Of a DNA stretch of 64,000 nt, positions 9,227 to 18,500 are shown piece by piece. A program made the translations under genes and the position numbers. The DNA lies in contig DAOTXN010000052.1 of NCBI GenBank assembly GCA_034435435.1, positions 42,927-106,926 on the forward strand, in the 5' to 3' direction. The stretch is from Anaerolineae bacterium. Lineage in GTDB: Bacteria > Chloroflexota > Anaerolineae > S140-20. The notes below the pieces were generated by a model. It was not told the DNA's origin. It saw only the letters and a program-made list of their open reading frames with translations, and did no database searches. Positions within the stretch are counted from its first letter, which is position 1; each line of letters opens with the position of its first letter.

Positions 9227-11788
9227 ATGAGCCAATCCAATCACAAACGACCCACCGGCAAGTTACGCCGCCGCATCGCCGGCCTATCGTTGCGGCTCAA
9301 GCTCTTTATCGGTGTAGGCACATTGATCAGCGGTTTGCTCATCGTAGGTAGCATCTCGGTCATCTCCGGTGTGACCACCCAACAACTGGTCAGTCGCACC
9401 CTGGCCCGCCAGCGCCAGTTGGCCGATCTGACCACCCGCATCAATAACACCCTGCTCAACGCCCAAAACCAGGCCTTTGACTTTTATAACACTTGGTCCC
9501 TCACCGGCTTTGAACGTGAAACAAGCGGTTTCGATTATGCGCAGCAGATTTACGTGACCCCTATCCGCGCCAATCTGGATCAGATCCGCACTGACATCGA
9601 GACCATCCGAGAACTCAATCCCGATCAAGCTATGCGCAGCAATCTGGACAAGATTGCCACCAGCGTAGGTGCTTACGAAACCACTCTGATTTCAATGAGC
9701 GACCAGATGGAACGACTGGGGTTTCGTGACACCGGTGAATCCGGACAGCTCTTGCAAATTTTTGACAGCCTGCAGACCGAACTGGGAAAAACAGAGCTGC
9801 AAGCCGCTCAATCTTCCCTCTATGAAATGAAGCAATATGCCGAAAGCTACTTTTTGCGTTCTGAGCTTATCAATGCACGTCTGGTACGCGAGGCAAACAG
9901 AAGGATCCAAGAGCAGATCAGCACTATTCCCGACGCGCAACTCTCGCCCACAACCAAAGTACAATTTGACGGCCTGCTCGAGGACTATTATGACCACTTT
10001 CTAAGAGCGGCCAATCTCTACAATAACCTCCAGACCAGTCGCGCCAACCTGGTTGGTCAAAGCGATTTGACCAGTACTCTGGTACAAGAGTTATATCAAG
10101 AACAGCAAGCCCAGTTCTCCGCCAAAGTCCAAGCACTCCAGAGGCAGCAAGCTCGCACCACCACAGCGACGGGCGTGTTGACCACCATTGTTCTGGTCAG
10201 CGGTACAGTCATTGCTTATTTTGTCATCGGACAAATCATCCAACCCGTGCGGACGCTGGGACAAATCGCCGAACGGTTGGGCGGGGGTGAGCTTGGAGTG
10301 CGAGCCCCAATAGACAGTCGCGACGAAATCGGCGCCACAGCCATCGCGTTTAACTTGATGGCCGACCGGCTCCAGGAATTACTCGCGGAGCTAGAGCAAC
10401 GCGTAGCCGACCGCACCCACGACTTGGAAACCACAGCCGCCGACCTGACCGCGCGTACTGCCGAACTGGAAAAGGTCCATCAAGCCCAGCAACTCATCAA
10501 CCGAGAGCTCGAAGAAACTGTGCGACAGAGTGAGCGCCGCGCAGCCTTGCTCCAAGCCAGCGCAGAGGTTAGCCGCGCCATCACTCAACTTCGTGACCCT
10601 GCCCAAGGTCGCGGGGTGAGCGGTCTGGACCAACTCCTCACCGAGGTGACCCATCTCATCAGTCAACACTTTGGCTTTTACCACGCTGGGGTATTTCTCA
10701 TCGACGAGGCTCGCCGCTTCGCCGTACTGCGCGCAGCTAACAGCCCTGGCGGGCAACGTATGCTGGCCCGACAACACAGACTCGGCGTTGGCTCCGAAGG
10801 CATCGTGGGTTACGTCACTCAGGCTGGCCGTCCACGCATCGCCCTCGACGTCGGTGCTGATGCCTATTATTTCAACAACCCCGACTTGCCCGATACGCGC
10901 TCCGAGATGGCCGTGCCGCTGCACATCGGCGACGAGGTCATTGGCGCCCTGGATGTGCAGAGCACTCAAGAGGCCGCCTTTGACGATCAAGACGTGCGCG
11001 TGTTGACGGCGCTGGCAGCCCAAATCGCCATCGCCATTCAAAACGCCAACCTCTTCCGGCAAACTCAAGAAGCCCTAAGCGAAGCCCAACATGTGCAACA
11101 AAGTTACATTCGCCAGCAATGGACCCAACTCGTCCGCGAACAATCGCCCCTGATTCACGAATATACGTTGAGCGGCGTTCCCCCACTCGGCGACTCCCAA
11201 CTGCCTGAGGTCCAAGAGGCCCTGCGCACCGGGCAGATGATCATCGCCGACGGTAATGGCGACCCAGAACACAGCCCGGTGCGCACGGCTCTGGCGGTCC
11301 CCATTCAAGTGCGCGGGCAAACTATCGGCGTCCTCGACCTGCAAGAAACCGACCACGACCGCCGGTGGACTGCAGACGAACTCGCGCTCATTCAAAGCAT
11401 CGCCGATCAGATGGGCCAGGCGCTCGAGGGGGCGCGCTTGTTTGAAGAAACTCAACGCCGCGCCCAGCGTGAACTCCTCGCCCGCCAGATCACCGAGCGC
11501 ATCCGCGCGGCTGGCGCCGCGGGTGACATCGGCTCTATTTTGCAAACGACTGCCGAGGAGTTGGGCAAAGCCCTGCGCGTCACACGCGCGGTAGCCCGAC
11601 TCCAGGTGCCTACGAGTGGCGACACGCTACAGCGCGTCGAAGCCAGGCAGCCGCAACTGCCTAATGATAAACCCAGCGAAACTGCTCAGCCTCACGCTCC
11701 TGAGCGGGTCTCCCCTAAAGGGGAACCCGCGATTCGGCCCAAATTTGCGCTTTCGACGGCGCAACGCCGGGTCACGGACCCGGCTTGA
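9227..11788 (+). CDS. Membrane sensor: helical extracytoplasmic domain, TM, HAMP, coiled coil, GAF, short second GAF plus conserved C-terminal tail; no output domain
   Basis: TMs LFIGVGTLISGLLIVGSISVISGV and VLTTIVLVSGTVIAYFVIG. HAMP: RDEIGATAIAFNLMADRL. GAF: FGFYHAGVFLID, LPDTRSEMAVPL, GALDVQSTQ. Tail: RWTADELALIQSIADQ...FEETQRRAQRE. Confidence 0.75.
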   Translation: MSQSNHKRPTGKLRRRIAGLSLRLKLFIGVGTLISGLLIVGSISVISGVTTQQLVSRTLARQRQLADLTTRINNTLLNAQNQAFDFYNTWSLTGFERETSGFDYAQQIYVTPIRANLDQIRTDIETIRELNPDQAMRSNLDKIATSVGAYETTLISMSDQMERLGFRDTGESGQLLQIFDSLQTELGKTELQAAQSSLYEMKQYAESYFLRSELINARLVREANRRIQEQISTIPDAQLSPTTKVQFDGLLEDYYDHFLRAANLYNNLQTSRANLVGQSDLTSTLVQELYQEQQAQFSAKVQALQRQQARTTTATGVLTTIVLVSGTVIAYFVIGQIIQPVRTLGQIAERLGGGELGVRAPIDSRDEIGATAIAFNLMADRLQELLAELEQRVADRTHDLETTAADLTARTAELEKVHQAQQLINRELEETVRQSERRAALLQASAEVSRAITQLRDPAQGRGVSGLDQLLTEVTHLISQHFGFYHAGVFLIDEARRFAVLRAANSPGGQRMLARQHRLGVGSEGIVGYVTQAGRPRIALDVGADAYYFNNPDLPDTRSEMAVPLHIGDEVIGALDVQSTQEAAFDDQDVRVLTALAAQIAIAIQNANLFRQTQEALSEAQHVQQSYIRQQWTQLVREQSPLIHEYTLSGVPPLGDSQLPEVQEALRTGQMIIADGNGDPEHSPVRTALAVPIQVRGQTIGVLDLQETDHDRRWTADELALIQSIADQMGQALEGARLFEETQRRAQRELLARQITERIRAAGAAGDIGSILQTTAEELGKALRVTRAVARLQVPTSGDTLQRVEARQPQLPNDKPSETAQPHAPERVSPKGEPAIRPKFALSTAQRRVTDPA

Positions 11789-11836
11789 GCACCAGGCTGA
11801 GCAATTACAAGCCAGCGAAGAATAAGGAGGAAAAAC

Positions 11837-13063
11837 ATGTTCACACGAAATAAATCGAGCATTCTGTTTTTGTTGATCCTCGTGAGCTTGCTCATCCTGC
11901 CGGTCAGTTGTGGGGGCCAAAAGGCCAAAGAGAAGGTCTCAGTCGTGCGCGTCGGCGTTCTCTTTCCGCTCACCGGCGACCTAGCCAGCATCGGTGAAGA
12001 CAACAAGAACGGCGTTGTGCTGGCAGCCGAAGAAATCAACGCCGCTGGAGGCATCAAGGCGTTGGATGGGGCCAAACTCGAGCTAGTCTTTGGCGACACT
12101 CAGGGCAATCCCGACGTCAGCGTCCAGGAGGTCCAGCGGCTCATCGAAGAGGAAAAGGTTGTCGCCATCATCGGCGCTTACCAAAGCAGCGTCACCAAGC
12201 CTGCCACCCAAGAGGCTGAACGCCTTGAAACCCCCTTTATCGTCAGCATGGCAGTCGCCGACGTCATCACCGAACGAGGCTTTCGCTACGTCTTTCGCAT
12301 CTGCCCTAAAGCCAAGTTCTACGGGCGCGATCAGGTGCGCTTTTTTGCCGACCTGGCCGACCTGGCTGGCTATCCGGTGCAGCGGGTGGCCTTGCTGCAC
12401 GAAAACACCGACTTTGGCACCTCCATCGCCCTGGCCCAGAAACAGGCTGCGCAAGAAAGCGGTATGGAGGTGGTAATCGAGGTGAGCTACACGGCCGAAG
12501 GCGCGACAGATCTGAGCGCTGAAGTGGCTCAGGTGCTGGCGGCTCAGCCCGACGCCATCCTGGAGGCCACTTATTTGAATGACAGCATTCTCATTGCCCG
12601 GGCGCTGGCCGCCGCCAACGCACACATACCGCTGTCTGACGCGGCCGGCGGCACCGTCTACCCCGAATACATCCAACAGCTCGGCCCGCTGGCCGAGGGC
12701 ACATTTACCCAGATCGAGTATTCAAAATATGCCCCTGGCGGCAAAGAACTGAACGACCGTTTCCAGGCGCGTTTTGGGGCCGACATCACCGGCAACAGCG
12801 CTTACGCCTATCAGGCCATGCTGGTGCTCCAAGATGCGCTGGAACGCGCCAGGACATTGGACAAGGAGAAATTGCGCGAGGCCCTAGCGGCTACCGATCT
12901 ACCCCGGGGGCCGCAGATGATCATGCCGGCTGAACGGTTACGTTTTGACGCCGAGAATCAGAACGAGTCTGCCACTCTGTTCATGGTTCAGATTCAAGAT
13001 GGCGAACTGGTACCGGTCTGGCCGGCCGAATACGCCACCGCTCCGGTGCGCATGCAGAAATAG
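11837..13063 (+). CDS. Periplasmic/extracytoplasmic substrate-binding lipoprotein, LivJ (branched-chain amino acid binding) type
   Basis: Lipobox LLILPVSCGG. SBP blocks: RVGVLFPLTGDLASIGE and VVAIIGAYQSS. SD AAGGAGG lies 7 nt upstream of the ATG. No permease or ATPase genes are adjacent. Confidence 0.8.
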   Translation: MFTRNKSSILFLLILVSLLILPVSCGGQKAKEKVSVVRVGVLFPLTGDLASIGEDNKNGVVLAAEEINAAGGIKALDGAKLELVFGDTQGNPDVSVQEVQRLIEEEKVVAIIGAYQSSVTKPATQEAERLETPFIVSMAVADVITERGFRYVFRICPKAKFYGRDQVRFFADLADLAGYPVQRVALLHENTDFGTSIALAQKQAAQESGMEVVIEVSYTAEGATDLSAEVAQVLAAQPDAILEATYLNDSILIARALAAANAHIPLSDAAGGTVYPEYIQQLGPLAEGTFTQIEYSKYAPGGKELNDRFQARFGADITGNSAYAYQAMLVLQDALERARTLDKEKLREALAATDLPRGPQMIMPAERLRFDAENQNESATLFMVQIQDGELVPVWPAEYATAPVRMQK

Positions 13064-13074
13064 GGAGTGACATT

Positions 13075-15534
13075 ATGGATCAATCCACGCGCCGGCCTGC
13101 CGAGCCGGCGGGCCCACGGGGCCACCAAACGGTAGGCCCACAACCAGCGCTCCAACTCGCTCGCGTGAGCTGGCGCCGAAGCCTGGCCACCCGCCTGGGA
13201 GGGGTGTTCATCCTCATCGCCGTGCTCTCACTGGCCCTCGTCGGCCTGGTGCTAATACGCACCGCCCGGCAGACCCAGCGCGAGAACATCTTTCGCCTGC
13301 AGGAAAAAAATGGGCGCGAAGTCGTTCTGCAGATTTCAGCCTACCTCAACGACGCCCAGGATGCTCTGAGCCTGTTCGAGCGCACCCAATCACTGACGGC
13401 GCTCGCCGCCGGCGTCCAACAAAAGGCGCTGGAAAACTTGCTCATCCAACGCCGCACCGTGTTCAGCCAGATCACGCTGCTAAACCTGACCGGCAACGAG
13501 CTAGCCAAGGTGTCCGAGTTTCATACCTTTACACCGGCAGAACTGAGCACGATCCGCGAAGCTGACCTGGCAGCCGCCAGCGCAGCATTGAGCGGCCAGT
13601 TCTACGTGAGCGATATCTTTGTCTCGCCAGAGAGTGGGTTGCTATCGGTGCAGATCGGTATGCCGGTCAAGACGTCGGGCGATCAGGTCGCCGGCGCCCT
13701 GCTAGCAGAGGTCAAGGTCACGCGCTTGTGGCAGGATGTATCTCGCATCGAAATCGGTCAAACCGGCTATGCCTACCTGGTAGACCAGAGCGGGCGCTTT
13801 GTCGCCTATCAAGAGCCAGGCGAGGTGTTACAGCGCTACGGTGAAGACATGAGGCACATGCCACCGGTGGCCGAGTTTATCTCCGAGGGAACGGAACACA
13901 CCTTCCACCACCACGAGTATACAGGACTGAACGGCCAAAACGTGATCGGCCTATACACGCCCGTCCCCGGCACGAATTGGGCCGCCATCGTCGAGTTGCC
14001 CACCCAAGAGGCCTTTGCCACCGTCCGACAAATGCAAACGTATCTCGTCGGCCTGACTCTCCTGGGCGCATTCGTCTCCGCCGGGACTGCCTTTGGCGTC
14101 TCTCGTCGCTTTCTGCGCCCCATCCAGCAGTTGACATCCACCGCACAACGCATCGGCGCTGGCGACCTGGAGGCAACAATCCAAGCGCCTTCTCAGGCCG
14201 ACGAAGTGGGTTTGCTGGCTCGTGCATTCCGCCAGATGCAGACGGAGCTAAAACAACTATACAGTGGCCTAGAAACCCAGGTGGCCGAGCGCACCGCCGA
14301 CCTGCAAACGACGGCCTCTGCCCTGGCCAGCCGCAGCCAGGAATTGGAATCGGTTCTGGCTGACTTGCAACGGCGCAGCGAAGAGCTACAAGAAGCTACC
14401 CAACGCCAGGTCCAGATCAACCAGGAACTGCAAAGAGCCAACGAGCTAAGTCAGCGCCGCGCGGCCCGCCTGCAGGCCAGCGCCGAGGTCAGCCACGCAG
14501 CTGCGCAGGTCCGTGACCTGGATAAGCTGTTGCCCCGCGTCACCGAGTTGATCAGCCACTATTTTGGTTACTATCACGCGGGCATCTTTATGATCGACCC
14601 CAACCGCCGTTTTGCCGTGTTGCGCGCCTCCAACAGCCCCGGCGGCCAACGCATGCTGGCCCGGGGCCACAAGCTAGAGATTGGCGTGACCGGCATCGTG
14701 GGGCGCGTCGTGCACACCGGCGAACCCCGCGTGGCCCTGGACGTGGGCGAGGATGCCGTGTACTTTGACAACCCCGATCTGCCCGACACCCGCTCCGAGA
14801 TGGCCGTGCCGTTGCGCGTCGGCGCGGAAGTCATCGGCGCTCTCGACGTACAGAGCACCGAAGCAGGCGCTTTCGACCAGGAAGACGTGGCTGTTCTCTC
14901 CACCCTGGCTGACCAAATTGCCGTCGCCATCGAAAACGCCCGCCTGCTGCGCCAGGCCCAGGAGGCCGTGGAAGAGCTGGAGATGACTCAACGGCTGTAC
15001 TTACAGGAACAGTGGCGCAGCACGACGCGCGGGCCCCAAACCCGCCTGGGCGAGTGGAAAACCGTCGAGACCGGTGTGGAGCAACTGCCGGCCCCGTGCC
15101 TCACCGCGAGCCAGAAAGCTCTGGAGGAAGGGCAGATGGTCGTGCTAGAAAATAACGAACTGGACCAGGCCTTTTCTGTAATGGCCGCTCCGATCAAACT
15201 ACGGGGACAAACCATTGGCGTCCTCGATCTGCAAGAGACCGAGGAACAGCGACATTGGTCCCCCGACGAGATCGCCCTGGTTCAGACAGTCGCCGATCAG
15301 GTGGCCCAGGCGCTGGAAACGGCCCGACTGTTCACAGAGACCCAGCGCCGCGCCGAGCGTGAGCGAATGATTCGCCAAATCACCGACAAAGTGCGCGCCA
15401 GCTCAAACCTGGAGACCATCTTGCAGACAACCGTCCAGGAATTAACCCGCTCAATGGGATTGCCGCGCGCTTTTGTTCGTTTAGGTCTGGAAGAAGACGT
15501 GCGCAACCCAGGTGAATCGAAAGAGTCGCTTTGA
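13075..15534 (+). CDS. Membrane sensor: Cache-like domain, TM, HAMP, coiled coil, GAF, short second GAF plus conserved tail; no output domain
   Basis: TMs VFILIAVLSLALVGLVLI and LVGLTLLGAFVSAGTAFGV. Cache-like: GYAYLVDQSGRFVAY. HAMP: ADEVGLLARAFRQMQTEL. GAF: FGYYHAGIFMID, LPDTRSEMAVPL, GALDVQSTE. Tail: HWSPDEIALVQTVADQ...FTETQRRAERE. Confidence 0.75.
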   Translation: MDQSTRRPAEPAGPRGHQTVGPQPALQLARVSWRRSLATRLGGVFILIAVLSLALVGLVLIRTARQTQRENIFRLQEKNGREVVLQISAYLNDAQDALSLFERTQSLTALAAGVQQKALENLLIQRRTVFSQITLLNLTGNELAKVSEFHTFTPAELSTIREADLAAASAALSGQFYVSDIFVSPESGLLSVQIGMPVKTSGDQVAGALLAEVKVTRLWQDVSRIEIGQTGYAYLVDQSGRFVAYQEPGEVLQRYGEDMRHMPPVAEFISEGTEHTFHHHEYTGLNGQNVIGLYTPVPGTNWAAIVELPTQEAFATVRQMQTYLVGLTLLGAFVSAGTAFGVSRRFLRPIQQLTSTAQRIGAGDLEATIQAPSQADEVGLLARAFRQMQTELKQLYSGLETQVAERTADLQTTASALASRSQELESVLADLQRRSEELQEATQRQVQINQELQRANELSQRRAARLQASAEVSHAAAQVRDLDKLLPRVTELISHYFGYYHAGIFMIDPNRRFAVLRASNSPGGQRMLARGHKLEIGVTGIVGRVVHTGEPRVALDVGEDAVYFDNPDLPDTRSEMAVPLRVGAEVIGALDVQSTEAGAFDQEDVAVLSTLADQIAVAIENARLLRQAQEAVEELEMTQRLYLQEQWRSTTRGPQTRLGEWKTVETGVEQLPAPCLTASQKALEEGQMVVLENNELDQAFSVMAAPIKLRGQTIGVLDLQETEEQRHWSPDEIALVQTVADQVAQALETARLFTETQRRAERERMIRQITDKVRASSNLETILQTTVQELTRSMGLPRAFVRLGLEEDVRNPGESKESL

Positions 15535-15567
15535 TTGGTTTGGTCCCTGTCTATCGAGGGGAATATA

Positions 15568-18500
15568 ATGACCGAAAAACCACCCGCTATGCACCATACG
15601 TACCCACAGCGTGATCCTGCGTCCCAGACCAGACGAGGGGGGCGCGGCGAACGCGATTCAATCCGGCTTCCGACCGACTCGCGGGACAGCGCATCAGAGG
15701 TCTGGAGCACCAGCGCCTTTGTGCAGCTCAGCCAAGCCCTGCTCACGGCCAGCACACTGCAAGAGGTGCTGCACGCCTGTCTGGAGGTGATCGAACCGAC
15801 CGTCGTCAACGGCGTCACCGTCTTGCTCACCGGCGGGCCACCGAGCGACAGCTATTTAGAGATCGCTGCCGTTTGGGAATGCAACGGCCATCCTTACCTC
15901 CCTCTAGGAGCGCGCTTTAGCACCCGCGATTACGCATTTCAACCTTTGTTAACTGGCCAAGACGCCATCGTCATCAACGCTTTGGAAACCGATTTTCGTA
16001 TTCAGGAGCCACTGAGATCGCTGCTCTTGGGCGCCAACGTTCAGGCCCTGGTAGCTCTACCTTTGCGCTCCGGGCGCGAACAGTTTGGCCTCATTATCAT
16101 CGACCGCGACGATCCGCGCGCCTTTGCCCCCGAGCACATCCACATCTACCGAGCCGCCGCCGCATTGGCCGCCGGCGCGGTTGAAAAGCTGCGTCTCATC
16201 CGCGAGGCCAATCGGGCCTTAGCCGAAACCTCTACCCTGTACGAAATCAGCCGGCGACTCTCTCACTCACGTAACGTGAGCGATATCTTGTTCAGCATCC
16301 TCGATAGCCAACTGTTCGGCGCCGCAGGAGGAAGCATTGCTTTACTGGAACCCTCACCCATGGAGGGATCTGGGCAGGATGTTCAAGTCGAGTCAGTTGG
16401 GTCGCAGGTTCAGCCGAACAAACAATTGGTCTTTTGGGCCGCCGCAGGCGTGGGCGCTGAGAGAATTGTCGGTATGCGCATGCCCCTCTCTCAGGGCATT
16501 GTCGGCTGGGTGGTGCGCGAAAACCAGGCCGCCATCGTGCCCGACGCCTACGCCGACGAGCGGTTTTATCCTCAAATTGACGAGGCCACATCTTTCCAGA
16601 CCCAGTCAATCCTGTGTGCTCCCTTGCGCGTCGAAGGACGCGTCATCGGGGCTATCGAACTGGTGGACGTGCCCAACTCCTATCTCAGTCAAGAGGGCGT
16701 GCGCCTGTTGGAACAGATCGCCGATCAGGCCGCCCTGTTCCTCGAAAATCAACGCCTCTTGGCCCAAACTCAGCGCCAGGCCCAAGAACTTTCCACGTTG
16801 CTCAACATCACACAAGAGATGGCTGCAACCCTGGACCGGGAACAAACACTCCGCCTTATCACCTCACGCATTCTCGACTTGGTCAAAGCCGATGGCTGTC
16901 ACGTCTTTCTGCTACAGCCGCGCCCCAACGACAAGCCATTTCTAAAGCCTGTAGCTTCCAGCGACCGCGACGCCGCCTACATCCTCAACACGTCGCTGGA
17001 GTTGGGCCAGGGCATCACCGGAGGGGTAGCCCAGAGTGGTGAGGGTGTCTTGATCAACCGCGTAGATCTGGACCCACGCGGCTTTACCGTCCCTGGAACC
17101 GAGCAAATACCCGAGAGCTTGATCTCGGTGCCACTGGTGTATGAGGGACGCATCAGCGGCGTGATGACCGTCAGTCGGCGGGGCGAGCAGCCCTTTACAT
17201 CGAGTGACTTGAACATTGTTTCTGCGATGGCCAGCCAGGCCGCAACAGTGCTGGAAAACGAGCGCTTGTTCGACGAGGCCCAACAACGCACCCGAGAACT
17301 GGCCGCGTTGAACGCCGTGGTCAGCACCGCCAGTCAGTCGCTGACGTTGGAAGAAATTTTGGACGCCACGTTGCAGCGAGTTGCCGATGTGTTACCCGAC
17401 ACGGCCGGCCTTATCTGTTTGCGTGATGAAAACAGCGGCGAACTACAGATCGCCACCCATCGCAACCTGCCCGCTGCTTTGGTACGCACATTGATCACCA
17501 AAGGTATGCGCGGTACGCTGTGTGAAGTAACAGCCACGCAACGCCAGGCCTACACCGTGGCCGATCTCACTGCTAGCGCGCCCGTGGATACCAGTGGGCT
17601 AGTGAAAGTGGGACTATACGCCTACTTGGGCGCCCCGTTGATCGCTCGCGGGCAGGTTTTGGGCACACTCAGCGTCTTTGGCGCCCAACCCAACTTCTTC
17701 ACTTCCTCCGACGCCGACCTGATGACGGCCATTGGGCAGCAAGTAGGCATTGCCGTGCGCAATGCTCAACTTTATGCACAGACCGAGCGTGCTTTAAAAG
17801 AGTCGCGCAGCCTATATGACACAAGCGCAGCCATGTCCGAAACACTCGACCTGGAGGGTGTGCTACAGATCGCTGTGAACCGCATGGCCGAATACGTCGG
17901 CGCCGATCAATGTCGCCTCGTGCTGTTCGATGAAAGGCTAGGGTACGGCGCTGTGGTAGCCGAATATCGCTCCACGCCGAATGTCGAAACGATACGCATT
18001 CCGATGGCAGATAACCCCTCGTATCAGGTGTTGCGCGACACAGGCCAGGCCATCGCTGTCGAGGACGTGCGCACCCACCCGATCACTGCCGCTATCAAAG
18101 AGATGCTCGCCGAATATGGCGTCAAGTCAATGCTTCTGGTGCCGCTCATCGTCCAGGGGCATCTAATCGGTTCCATTGACCTAGATTCCACCCGCACGCA
18201 TCGCAAATTCACCCAAGCAGAACTTAATTTTTGCCGCACTCTGGCCGACCGCGCTGCGCTGGCCATCCAAAACCGACAACTCTTGGCGCAAACACAATAC
18301 GCCTTGCACGAGACAACCCGGCTCTATCGGGCCAGTCGAGCACTTAACCAAGCTCAAAACCTCTCGGATGTTCTCTACGCCATCACCGACAATTTGCCAA
18401 TTGAACAGATCGACCAATGTTGGATGGCGCTGACCGAATCCGAGTTTGCTGATCAAGACCCTACTCTGCGCAGCTTTCAGATCAAGGCCCTGTGGGATCA

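Noticed and set aside
15535-15567. TTG at 15535 as the start of the hybrid kinase, abutting the upstream stop
   Set aside because: It cannot be excluded. The ATG at 15568 has a better upstream purine-rich element (GAGGGG), and the extra 11 residues have no recognisable role. It is kept as an alternative only.
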